A DNA stretch of 64,000 nt from Deinococcales bacterium. GTDB taxonomy: Bacteria; Deinococcota; Deinococci; Deinococcales; JAAFIG01. The translations under genes and the position numbers were made by a program. Location: contig JANNVX010000018.1 of the NCBI GenBank assembly GCA_031414595.1, forward strand, positions 96,001 through 160,000, read 5' to 3'. Under the pieces are notes generated by a model. That model had not been told where the DNA came from. It saw only the letters and a program-made list of their open reading frames with translations, and did no database searches. Shown piece after piece: positions 43,701-51,358 of this stretch; the stretch's first letter is position 1; each line of letters opens with the position of its first letter.

Positions 43701-43956
43701 GCGCAACCAAATCGCCCAAGGCTTTGCGTAAATTATATAGCGCGTTGTACAACTGCGCGGCGGCGGCTGTTGGGTCGAGGTCTGACCAAAGGTGTTCAAT
43801 TAAGCTATCTCGGGTTAGTGCATGGCTAGGCTCGAGGGCTAAGAGTTTTAATAAACTACGCACTTTACGGCGAGGCAGGCTTTTGATGGCTTGCGGTTCG
43901 CCATGTAAGCGAATGGCAAACTGACCCATCACAGTAATCGAAAGCGCCTCGCGCAT
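40759..43956 (-). CDS. AfsR/SARP-type regulator: wHTH-BTAD-NB-ARC-TPR
   Basis: LLKLLAL..LTRD.L...LW, LYNLRKAL, BTAD EPSPE, VGRE, Walker A GIGGNGKT, LVLDNLEH, ATSR, GSPLAIELAA, LHPLLRQF, TPRs. Confidence 0.9.
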   Translation of the reverse strand: MREALSITVMGQFAIRLHGEPQAIKSLPRRKVRSLLKLLALEPSHALTRDSLIEHLWSDLDPTAAAAQLYNALYNLRKALGDLVAPKLVSGVVRLEPIGGLSVDVSDFMALAREGIANKDAAKLLEAANFIDGQPMSEDLYEDWAETYRQELLGLQTQVLATLANLDVTHAELAWKKYLQLEPTSEIAQLGLIGYYAAQGANHLALEQFERYRQILAEELAAEPSPEAKEIIANLAKPSPVKTIRPPLPAPTVPLVGREAELTVLHDFFADTDWRLLTILGIGGNGKTRLALEAAWTWQNNFVDGAYWVSFENISSTDDPSQSVLLALGLTPPNSQAETVLFDYLRDKHCLLVLDNLEHLPEIGHWVQRLLSAAAKIKLLATSRSVLQLQGEQILELSGLSFEAAKTLFIQSAIRVKASFDPDTKIEQQIGVLTEHLAGSPLAIELAASWIRHMSLEEIAAEVQLDLDFLERPVKDRNPRHHSVRAVFDSSWRLLGGAEQQTLVSLAVFVGEFTLASARAVSGASRAAIVALTDRSLLRLTETRLELHPLLRQFVLEQAAQNPERLGQTRQAHATHYFELLQALPIRYRTQDLEAYLETKRHVDLIYHNARAAWTWTLENQQFERLSSALQGLTILHVLCNRFNELSALLPHSDLPPELAAQFALQRGHAKANLGLFKESESEFALAQPELLSNEQNLIRLRQLAMLFSRTSRALEGLEFAEKAVQLSKTADEFEQSISYLQLCDVLAILGKLEEAQSALEAARSGANIRVMSLIPIHAAILAGRNGEYARAEQELLEAEELLIQLRDQRNLQSVQNNLATALQFQGKYQESLAILKTSTKEVRNLGDQRMLTALGNGQLETLRALGQYQEALQLGQDNLALCQHTGNTLRAAHCILRIGHVYFELGELPKALKQYQTAMDLALNEIKEETITSMARVYLQEQQIQKVQALLENTTFKARAFIAWAAVLKVNIDQKIGKTIPTQHLKTVFESIQIVSALNAYECVSNLLEPLAHLNPMFAKRLAISLLQDKRSGFYVQKLAKAFIGHDMPLEPELPWRSLIKEFY

Positions 43957-43992
43957 TGTGTTTACTCTAGCAAATTTTGGTGTGCTGGGTTG

Positions 43993-44033
43993 CAAAAGCC
44001 AAACCCACAGGAAAAATCTTTGTGGGTTTGGCT
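43993..44033 (-). terminator. Intrinsic terminator after the globin gene
   Basis: 13-bp inverted repeat AGCCAAACCCACA/TGTGGGTTTGGCT ending in a short T-run on the minus strand. Confidence 0.7.
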
Positions 44034-44045
44034 CGAGCGGTGTGT

Positions 44046-44456
44046 CTAAGCTGGCTTCATGGTTTGCGCCAAAAGCCTATAAGCGGCTATCCATGCCTCA
44101 CGCAGTTCTGGGGTGAAATCCTCGCCCATTGTGGCTTCAAGTGTCCAAATCAGGGCTTCGCCAACCGCGTTGTAATCTGTGTTTTTGACTTTGTATTCGG
44201 TTTTGTGCTTTGCCCCAAGTTCTTCTATTCCTTGCACATCTGGGCGCTCGAGATTCTGGACAATTGAACGCAGCATATCCAGTAGTTTCTGGCTTTGCTT
44301 GACCATATCGCCTTGGAACATCTGCTTAAAATGCGGTTGAAGGTCAAACAACCTCTGATAAAAAATCTCACCAAAGAACGTTTCAAAACTGGCTTCGCCG
44401 CTTGGGATGAGTTGGGCAAAACTGTTTTGCACCAATTGGATTTGAGTTGCGTTCAT
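44046..44456 (-). CDS. Single-domain globin (flavohaemoglobin-like globin domain)
   Basis: IQLVQNSF, FYQRLF (TyrB10), MF (CD1), Q (E7), LGAKH (proximal His), VGEALIWTL, AW..AY. Confidence 0.9.
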   Translation of the reverse strand: MNATQIQLVQNSFAQLIPSGEASFETFFGEIFYQRLFDLQPHFKQMFQGDMVKQSQKLLDMLRSIVQNLERPDVQGIEELGAKHKTEYKVKNTDYNAVGEALIWTLEATMGEDFTPELREAWIAAYRLLAQTMKPA

Positions 44457-44506
44457 CAGCTTACCTTCTTGCCAACATAATGGTTGCCTACCGACCGAGG
44501 TGGAGT

Positions 44507-46501
44507 TCAAAGGGCGAAATTGGTGTTATCCACCGCCGATGGTGCGGTTGCGCCTGTTGTGGTTGCCCCGTCACCAAGTTGCCCACTGGCATCTGCCCCC
44601 CAACAATACGCCATTCCAGCCGTAGTCACACCGCAGCTATGCAAACTCCCGGCTGTCAGACTCGAGTATGTGTATCCATTCGCCACCGCCGATGGTGCGG
44701 TTGCGCCTGTGGTGGTTGAAGCATCGCCAAGTTGCCCATCGGCATCTGCCCCCCAGCAATAGGCTTGTCCATTGGTGGTCAGAGCGCAGTTGTGGTCAGC
44801 GCCAGCCTCAATGCTCGAGAATGTAAGCCCACCATCCACCGCCGATGGCGCAACAAAAATTCCAGTCAGCGCACCATTGCCAAGTTGTCCACTGAAATCA
44901 TTTCCCCAGCAATACGCCGTTCCAGCCGTGGTCACACCGCAACTATGCGTACCGCCTGCTGAAATACTCGAAAAGCTGTAGCCACCATCCACAGGCGAAG
45001 GTGTGGTGCTGGTAGAACCCGTGGCTGTAAGCGCATTATCGCCAAGTTGCCCAGCATTGTCACGTCCCCAACAATAGGCTTTTCCAACAAAGTTCAGACC
45101 GCAAGTATGGGATAGACCAGCCGAAATACCCGAGAATGTATGTCCGCCAGACACAAGTGAAGGCGTGGTGCTGGTAGAACCCGTGGCTGTGAGTGTATCA
45201 TCGCCAAGTTGCCCAAATTCATCAAACCCCCAGCAATACGCCGCTCCAGCCGTGGTCACAGCGCAAGTATGCTCTCTTGCAGCCGAAATACTCGAGAATG
45301 TAAGTCCGCCAGACACAGGCGAAGGTGTGGTGGTGCTGTTGATTGCGCCATTGCCAAGTTGTCCTCTGAAATCATCTCCCCAGCAATACGCCGTTCCAGC
45401 CGTGGTCAGAGCGCAGGTATGGCGTAAACCAGCTGAAATACTCGAGAATGTATGTCCGCCAGACACAGGCGAAGGTGTGGTGGTGCTGATGATTGTGCCA
45501 TCGCCAAGTTGCCCAAAAGTACCTTCTCCCCAGCAATACGCCTGTCCAGTGCTACCGATACCACAGCTATGCGAATTTCCAGCGCTGATTCGTCCTATTC
45601 CCAAGGCATGAATACTGGTGTTCAGCGTCGAGGTAAAGACATCATTTACGACATCAGAAGCCAAACTGGTTGTGCCACGATTCAGACCAAACTGCATCAA
45701 ACGGCTGGCGCTCACACCTGTGCCACGGGTTTCGGCAGCCGTGATGCTCTCGCTGGGAAAAACACTGCGGGTTACTCGAGACACCGATTCATCAAATACC
45801 AAAAAGTTCATCACAAAGCCATACGCCGAAGCAGATTTGGGAACACGCATCGCCACTTTTAAGACACCTGCTCCATTCACTGCAATCTGTCTGGAGTTAG
45901 CGACACATGCAGTTGTACAACGGGCATTAAATCCATAATTAAGGAGTGTATCTCCTGCCGTCATCGCACCGGCTGTGGTGGCAGCACTGGTTGCAGCCGC
46001 AACCTCGGCACTGGTGAAGGCTTGGAAACCACCAAACGTATCTATTGCCAGATTGCTCAAAACAGGTGATACCGGTATGGCTAACTTGGCTTGGCGGGTT
46101 TGCTCGGCTTGATTGCTGATTCCACCCCAATTGGCGATGCTTTTGATAGCGGTGCCGCCCAAATTTCCACTTTTGGCAAGGGCATAAAGGGTGAGGTTTT
46201 GAAACACTTGACTGCTCGAGGTGTTGGTTATTGCAAAAGAAGCAACCAAATAGGTGTACGCCGAATTGGTGGGCGTAATCACTTGGGTGATACCAGTACC
46301 AAGGGTTAAATCGGTTTCTCGAAAGGTCACGGCTTGGGTTCTCAGTGGCTGTTCGAGTTTGGCGCTGGCATAACCATCTTGAGAGAAACGTACCTCGAGT
46401 ACCCCCAAAACTTCAGACGCATTGTTTGGGATTGAGGTTTGCTGACAAGCGGCTGCCCCAAGGCATAATGCACTTAGAAATAGAACCTGACGGTAATTCA
46501 T
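44507..46501 (-). CDS. Lipoprotein with uncharacterised N-terminal domain and 7 RCC1 repeats
   Basis: Lipobox AAAC; seven ISAG..H.C..T..G.AYCWG....GQLG repeats. Confidence 0.9.
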   Translation of the reverse strand: MNYRQVLFLSALCLGAAACQQTSIPNNASEVLGVLEVRFSQDGYASAKLEQPLRTQAVTFRETDLTLGTGITQVITPTNSAYTYLVASFAITNTSSSQVFQNLTLYALAKSGNLGGTAIKSIANWGGISNQAEQTRQAKLAIPVSPVLSNLAIDTFGGFQAFTSAEVAAATSAATTAGAMTAGDTLLNYGFNARCTTACVANSRQIAVNGAGVLKVAMRVPKSASAYGFVMNFLVFDESVSRVTRSVFPSESITAAETRGTGVSASRLMQFGLNRGTTSLASDVVNDVFTSTLNTSIHALGIGRISAGNSHSCGIGSTGQAYCWGEGTFGQLGDGTIISTTTPSPVSGGHTFSSISAGLRHTCALTTAGTAYCWGDDFRGQLGNGAINSTTTPSPVSGGLTFSSISAAREHTCAVTTAGAAYCWGFDEFGQLGDDTLTATGSTSTTPSLVSGGHTFSGISAGLSHTCGLNFVGKAYCWGRDNAGQLGDNALTATGSTSTTPSPVDGGYSFSSISAGGTHSCGVTTAGTAYCWGNDFSGQLGNGALTGIFVAPSAVDGGLTFSSIEAGADHNCALTTNGQAYCWGADADGQLGDASTTTGATAPSAVANGYTYSSLTAGSLHSCGVTTAGMAYCWGADASGQLGDGATTTGATAPSAVDNTNFAL
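44530..45600 (-). repeat. Intragenic ~150-160 bp tandem repeats (RCC1 blades)
   Basis: For example CCAGACACAGGCGAAGGTGTGGTGGTGCTG at 45309 and 45459. Confidence 0.85.
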
Positions 46502-46644
46502 TTGTTGCTACCTCCTTGTTCGATGATGGGGTCATCAAACAAACCATTGATTGGAATTGAAAGCCCAGTCAGCAAGGTGTAACTGGCGTGCTGCTCGAGA
46601 CAAGGGGCTTGGTAGGGCTTGCGTTTAATATCTATCGGTTTCAT
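46498..46644 (-). CDS. 48-aa peptide with lasso/RiPP-leader-like YxxPxL...TG motif
   Basis: AAGGA RBS; MKPIDIKRKPYQAPCLEQHASYTLLTGLSIPI...; ATGA overlap with the RCC1 lipoprotein. Confidence 0.7.
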   Translation of the reverse strand: MKPIDIKRKPYQAPCLEQHASYTLLTGLSIPINGLFDDPIIEQGGSNK

Positions 46645-46686
46645 CGGTTTTTCCTTTTTATAACTGAATGAGGTCTTCAAGTTTGC

Positions 46687-47073
46687 TTATTCAAACCAAT
46701 TGGTAACAATGAACTGGCTTAAAAGCGGGTTTGCACTCAGCCAAGCCTCCTTGAGTTCTGTCTTAAAATCTTCCCCGAGCGTCATCTCGAGCGTCCAAAG
46801 CAGTGCCGAAGCAACGGCGGTTTTTTTGAGGTCATTCGGCGGGATGTGATGCAGTAAAAACGCGGCGGGTAGCTCGAGATACCCAATGATTAAACGAAGT
46901 AAGTTTAGTAATTGCTGGGCTTGAAGGCTTATATCTGTACCAACAACTTCGGGTTGAAGATTCCGTAAACGCTGATAAAAAATTTCGCCAAACAGCACCT
47001 CGAGTGCTTCGTCTCCAATTGGCACAAGTTGCACAAAACTTTCTTGAACCAATTGGATTTGAGCCTGTGTCAT
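46687..47073 (-). CDS. Divergent or degenerate globin paralogue
   Basis: QIQLVQESF, FGEIFYQRL and ALLWTLEMTLGEDF are shared with 44046-44456; CD and F regions shortened. Confidence 0.75.
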   Translation of the reverse strand: MTQAQIQLVQESFVQLVPIGDEALEVLFGEIFYQRLRNLQPEVVGTDISLQAQQLLNLLRLIIGYLELPAAFLLHHIPPNDLKKTAVASALLWTLEMTLGEDFKTELKEAWLSANPLLSQFIVTNWFE

Positions 47074-47123
47074 ACAATCCTTCGATAACCAAGGGGCAGA
47101 GAATTCTGCGCCGCTTAGAATTT

Positions 47124-47777
47124 TTAGTCGGGGATGTTAAACCGTGTCTTGATTTGTTCATAAGGCATGGATTTCCAATCAATTTTTGCCCCTGCTCCTG
47201 CCAAAGCCACAACCCCAGGAATAATCACATACCGATACTCGAGACCTTGCGGAAAAGTAACCATCAGAGGTTGACCCGGGTAGGCTTCGGCAACACCACT
47301 ATCAAAGCGGCAAGTTTTGAAAGTATGTCGAAAAACTTTGAGTTTACCTACTGTGTCAAGGGTGTAATGGATTTGGTTGGTTGCGCCACCTGCATCTGAG
47401 ATATAAGGTAAGGCGAATGGTCCAATACCGCCAACTCGGAAATATACGACAATCATGGATTTGTTAATCACATCGGCAGTAAGGTCTGGTCTGGTTATTG
47501 ATCGTAAACGTATACAAGTTCCGTCGGAAGTAATATTTGAAGCCGATGCGGTTGGGTCAGAAAACCAAGGGCTGTAACGAACATCACTTGGACCCGCAGG
47601 ACCTGTTGGACCCGTTGGACCTGTTGGACCCGTTGGACCTGTTTCGCCCGTTGGACCTTGTGGACCTGTTACACCAATCGGACCCGTGTCACCTTTTGGA
47701 CCCGGAGTGCTATTACAAGAAACCATACCGCCAATTAAACTTGCCGAAATGAGTGCTAACGCAAAGAACTTTTTCAT
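47124..47777 (-). CDS. Collagen-like lipoprotein
   Basis: AAGGAG RBS, lipobox MVSC, about 13 Gly-X-Y triplets (GPTGPT), then YSPW...YRYVIIPG domain. Confidence 0.85.
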   Translation of the reverse strand: MKKFFALALISASLIGGMVSCNSTPGPKGDTGPIGVTGPQGPTGETGPTGPTGPTGPTGPAGPSDVRYSPWFSDPTASASNITSDGTCIRLRSITRPDLTADVINKSMIVVYFRVGGIGPFALPYISDAGGATNQIHYTLDTVGKLKVFRHTFKTCRFDSGVAEAYPGQPLMVTFPQGLEYRYVIIPGVVALAGAGAKIDWKSMPYEQIKTRFNIPD

Positions 47778-47960
47778 ATTTTACTCCTTGGTGTTGAGCT
47801 TTAGGGCATCAACTGAAAATAGACTTAGACTTCTACCGAAACTGAAATTCCTAACCAGTGGTTATGCACTACATTGGGCGCGGGGCTTTGTTCATAACCA
47901 CTCCTTAAGTTCGTTATTGCTGTGTACTCGAGCCTTGGGTCTTGCTTGCTCTTGAGAGAC

Positions 47961-48020
47961 AGTATGCAAAACAACCCCTCTACAAAATCTCTACACGGTT
48001 TTTGGGCGTGTAGAGATTTT
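47961..48020 (-). promoter_or_regulatory. Putative SARP-activated promoter/operator
   Basis: Minus strand TGTAGAG-N4-TGTAGAG-N11-CATACT; plus perfect 14-bp inverted repeat 47984-47997/48007-48020. Confidence 0.6.
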
Positions 48021-48230
48021 TATTGAAAGCTGTTCAGGACGGCGCTAATTGTTGTTACGGCTCGAGACTGATTGAGAAAGCACAAGATTTTTCTTGGTGT
48101 TTCGCGGCAGCTTTAGCTGGGGACTCGATAAATTGCAGTGCATTGGTCAGTGTCTCGAGCCTAAAACTTCTAAACTCTGGTCGTCTGGCACTTGACAGGC
48201 TTGGTATACCACTGATACTCTCTAACCAAG

Positions 48231-48290
48231 ATGCAAAATGCCTTGATTATTGTAGTGGTCGTAGCCCTAACCTCGGGGGTCGCGGCGTAG
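48231..48290 (+). CDS. ilvB leader peptide MQNALIIVVVVALTSGVAA
   Basis: Run of Leu/Ile/Val codons just downstream of TTGACA(48192)...TGaTACTCT promoter; not in the ORF track. Confidence 0.85.
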   Translation: MQNALIIVVVVALTSGVAA

Positions 48291-48338
48291 TATCAGTTTG
48301 AAGCCAAGCGACCCCCGCCAAAAGCGGGGGTTTTTTTT
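48275..48338 (+). terminator. Attenuator: antiterminator/terminator pair
   Basis: GGGGGTCGC(48275-83) pairs with GCGACCCCC(48308-16), competing with ACCCCCGC-CAAAA-GCGGGGG-T8. Confidence 0.88.
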
Positions 48339-48395
48339 CACTCGAGAGAATAGTAAAAGTTAAAAGAAATTTTAAAAGTTCCACAGGAGAAAATC

Positions 48396-50093
48396 ATGAC
48401 TGGTTCAGAAGCCCTCTTAAAAACCCTCGAAGCGCACGGTGTGCGGCATATCTTCGGGCATCCCGGCGGGGCAATCATGCCCGTCTACGATGCGCTCTAC
48501 GACAGCCCAATCCAGCATATCTTGGTGCGGCACGAACAAGGCGGAGGTCACGCTGCCGAAGGCTATGCAAGGGCGACAGGTGGACTAGGTGTTTGCATGG
48601 CAACTTCTGGACCTGGCGCGACCAACCTTGTGACTGCTCTAGCCGACGCAATGCTGGATAGCCTGCCAATTCTAGCGATTACAGGAAATGTTCCAAGCCC
48701 ACTTCTTGGCACAGATGCGTTTCAAGAAGCCGATATTACGGGTATCACCATGCCGATTACCAAACACAATTTCTTGGTTCGTAATGCCGATGATGTCTCG
48801 AGAACTGTGGCAAAAGCCATTGCAATTGCGCTTGAGGGTCGCCCAGGTCCAGTGCTGGTGGATATTCCCAAAGATGTGCAACAAGCCCAAACCAATGCCG
48901 AAATTGTCCAGCCCCACGCCAAACCGCCACGTCTCGAGCCAAACCCAGAAATCATTGCCAAAGCGGTTGCCCTGATTAAAAGTGCCAAGCAACCGCTTTT
49001 AATTGTCGGCGGTGGTTCATGTGATGCCGCCCCGCAAATTCTCGAGTTTGCTAAAAAAACTGGAATGCCCGTGATTACCACTCTGATGGGACTTGGGAAT
49101 TTTCCAGCCTCAGACCCACAGTGGCTTGGAATGCCCGGAATGCACGGTAGTGTTGCTAGTAACCGCGCCATTTCGCAGTGCGATGTGCTGATTGGACTTG
49201 GAATGCGTTTTGACGACCGTGTAACTGGTAAAACCAGCCGCTTTGCCAAGAACGCCCAAATTATTCATATAGATATAGATACTGCTGAACACAACAAACT
49301 GATTCCAGCCTTTATCCCGATTCACTCCGACAGTGCTGCCGCGCTCGAAGCCCTGACCCACCAAGTCACGCACCTCGAGACCCCAGAATGGTGGGAAAAA
49401 CTACGCGACTGGCAAGCCCGTCAGCCCAAACGTCCAATATGGGGCGCAGCCGAAGCCATAAAAATGATTTCGAGCCAGTTAAACGGTAACGATATTGTGG
49501 TTTCAGATGTCGGGCAACACCAAATGCTGACCGCCCAACTTCATCCCTTCGAGCTTCCCCGCAAATGGAGCAATAGCGGTGGGGCTGGCACAATGGGATT
49601 CTGCCTTCCAGCCGCCATGGGTGCAGCCGTAGCCATTAACGCCCACGATGGTGGAGATGCCAAAGGTGTGCGGGTCATCGGCATTGCTGGCGACGGCTCG
49701 AGCCAAATGACGATTCAAGAACTGGCAACGCTTCGTAAATACGATATTCCCGTGAAATTCGCCGTGATTAACAACGGTTACTTAGGTATGGTCAGACAAT
49801 GGCAAGAAATGTTCCACAGCAAGCGTTACTCCGAAGTGTATCTCGAGGACAGCAACCCAGATTTTCCGATTTTAGCCAGTGCTTACCGAATTCCCGGATT
49901 TGCCGCCGATAACGCCGCCGATTTAGAAAAAGCCATTCGTTCATGGCTCGAGGTAGACGGACCCGCCGTTCTGGAGGTGCGAGTCCCACAAGAAGCCAAT
50001 GTTTTCCCAATGGTTCCTGCCGGCAAGGGCTTGGATGAAATGTTAGACGATGACCCGAAATTTAATGAACCCAAGGCACTTGTCCCAGCCTAA
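48396..50093 (+). CDS. ilvB: Acetolactate synthase large subunit
   Basis: FGHPGG, RHEQG, TSGPGATN, RFDDRVTG, DVGQHQM, GDGS...NN, GMVRQWQ. Confidence 0.96.
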   Translation: MTGSEALLKTLEAHGVRHIFGHPGGAIMPVYDALYDSPIQHILVRHEQGGGHAAEGYARATGGLGVCMATSGPGATNLVTALADAMLDSLPILAITGNVPSPLLGTDAFQEADITGITMPITKHNFLVRNADDVSRTVAKAIAIALEGRPGPVLVDIPKDVQQAQTNAEIVQPHAKPPRLEPNPEIIAKAVALIKSAKQPLLIVGGGSCDAAPQILEFAKKTGMPVITTLMGLGNFPASDPQWLGMPGMHGSVASNRAISQCDVLIGLGMRFDDRVTGKTSRFAKNAQIIHIDIDTAEHNKLIPAFIPIHSDSAAALEALTHQVTHLETPEWWEKLRDWQARQPKRPIWGAAEAIKMISSQLNGNDIVVSDVGQHQMLTAQLHPFELPRKWSNSGGAGTMGFCLPAAMGAAVAINAHDGGDAKGVRVIGIAGDGSSQMTIQELATLRKYDIPVKFAVINNGYLGMVRQWQEMFHSKRYSEVYLEDSNPDFPILASAYRIPGFAADNAADLEKAIRSWLEVDGPAVLEVRVPQEANVFPMVPAGKGLDEMLDDDPKFNEPKALVPA

Positions 50094-50116
50094 AAACCAA
50101 AGAACGATGTGTGGCA

Positions 50117-50142
50117 GGGCGAACACAGAGGTTCGCCCCTAC
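50117..50142 (-). repeat. GTAG-type REP element
   Basis: Reverse complement GTAGGGGCGAACCTCTGTGTTCGCCC; 1-nt insertion relative to the other copies. Confidence 0.85.
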
Positions 50143-50171
50143 GAAAATTGACAATGTACAGGAGAGACCAA

Positions 50172-50723
50172 ATGAAACATATTTTTAGTGCCTTCCTTAA
50201 AGACGAACCCCGTGTTCTGACTCGAGTCACCAGCTTGTTTGCACGGCGTGGCTACAACATAGATTCACTTTCGGTCGGTGCAACTGAAGAACGCGGTATC
50301 TCGAGAATGACCTTTATTGCCGAAGCCCCAGAGATTATGGCAGACCAAATTCAACGCCAGTTAGAAAAACTCGAGGATGTGCTTAAAGTCATTAACCACG
50401 CCCATGAAAAATTTGTTGACCGTGAATTGGTGCTGTTAAAAGTAAAAGTCTTACCAGAAACACGGCTCGAGATTCGGATGATTGCCGAGGACTTCCGTGC
50501 GCGAAATGTGGATGTTGGTTCTAAATCCTATGTTTTTGAAGTGACTGGCGATGAAGGCAAAATCACGGCGTTTATACAGCAAATGCGTCCGTTTGGCATT
50601 ATCGAAACCATGCGAACAGGTCGTGTGGCACTGTCTCGAGGCAGCAATGCCGATATTTCCAGTCAGGTTTACGAAGGCATCAGCAACGCCTTAGAGCATC
50701 CACTTCATTCAGCTAAAGCCTAA
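50172..50723 (+). CDS. ilvN: Acetolactate synthase small subunit
   Basis: VLTRVTSLFARRGYNIDSLSVG ACT domain, RELVLLKV, RTG. Confidence 0.95.
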   Translation: MKHIFSAFLKDEPRVLTRVTSLFARRGYNIDSLSVGATEERGISRMTFIAEAPEIMADQIQRQLEKLEDVLKVINHAHEKFVDRELVLLKVKVLPETRLEIRMIAEDFRARNVDVGSKSYVFEVTGDEGKITAFIQQMRPFGIIETMRTGRVALSRGSNADISSQVYEGISNALEHPLHSAKA

Positions 50724-50752
50724 GCCCTCATTCAATTCCCGCAGGAGGTTTT

Positions 50753-50938
50753 ATGAATCAAGAATCGCTTCTCGAGCAAATCCAAGGCAGTGCCAGCAGT
50801 CTCCTCGAGATAATTGCCGACTTAAAAGCAGGGGAGATGACTGCCCTGCAACGTCTGCAAACCCAAGTGCTGACTTTGAATGCAGAGACGCACCGCTTAG
50901 AGGCGGTTTTTGAAAGCCCGATTTACCTTGGTGGTTAA
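50753..50938 (+). CDS. Small hypothetical helical protein (61 aa)
   Basis: Strong AGGAGG RBS; TAATG coupling to next gene. Confidence 0.65.
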   Translation: MNQESLLEQIQGSASSLLEIIADLKAGEMTALQRLQTQVLTLNAETHRLEAVFESPIYLGG

Positions 50939-51348
50939 TGGATGTTAAACAACGCACATTAAAACTCAACCAACATCAGAGAGCCGAACTTGTCTCGAGA
51001 TTACTTGAACTTGGAACTGTCGAGATGGTAGATGTTCTGCAAGAAGTTTTTGAAACTAGAGTGCCAGACCTTGAATCTCGAACGGAGCAAAAGTTTTGTC
51101 TTGGAATTGCAACTATAAAGCCAAAATTCGCATCACAGCATTTGCAAGATTTGAGGTCAAAAGATGGAGTTTGGCTAAAAGTTGTGCCATACACTGATTG
51201 GAAAAATTACCAAGCTACTCATGAAGATTTTGTAATTCCTGAAGGTTTTTATGAATCTGGGCGTTGCCCATCTTGTCTCATTGATTTAATTTCGAGCCAA
51301 AGACGGGCAATTTGTCCAATTTGTGGTCAAAGTATTTGGTTGACTTAA
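50938..51348 (+). CDS. Hypothetical protein with C-terminal zinc ribbon
   Basis: CPSC-X12-CPIC at the C-terminus. Confidence 0.65.
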   Translation: MDVKQRTLKLNQHQRAELVSRLLELGTVEMVDVLQEVFETRVPDLESRTEQKFCLGIATIKPKFASQHLQDLRSKDGVWLKVVPYTDWKNYQATHEDFVIPEGFYESGRCPSCLIDLISSQRRAICPICGQSIWLT

Positions 51349-51358
51349 GAAGAGATTT

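Noticed and set aside
44530-45600. Near-identical repeats as a CRISPR array or DGR template/variable pair
   Set aside because: They are in-frame RCC1 blades. No unique spacers, cas genes or reverse transcriptase are present.
46498-46644. Complete lasso peptide gene cluster
   Set aside because: No B1/B2/C genes are in the window and the acidic-residue spacing does not fit a lasso ring. Kept only as an orphan leader-like peptide.
47590-47705. 9/18-bp tandem repeat as a non-coding satellite
   Set aside because: It encodes the collagen GPT triplets of the lipoprotein.
48023-48301. 92-aa ORF upstream of ilvB
   Set aside because: It spans the promoter and attenuator; the real ORF is the 19-aa leader in another frame.
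50753-50938. C-terminal Gly-Gly as a ubiquitin-like or sulfur-carrier protein
   Set aside because: The sequence is helical rather than beta-grasp, the GGTGG doubles as the next gene's RBS, and no E1/JAB genes are nearby.
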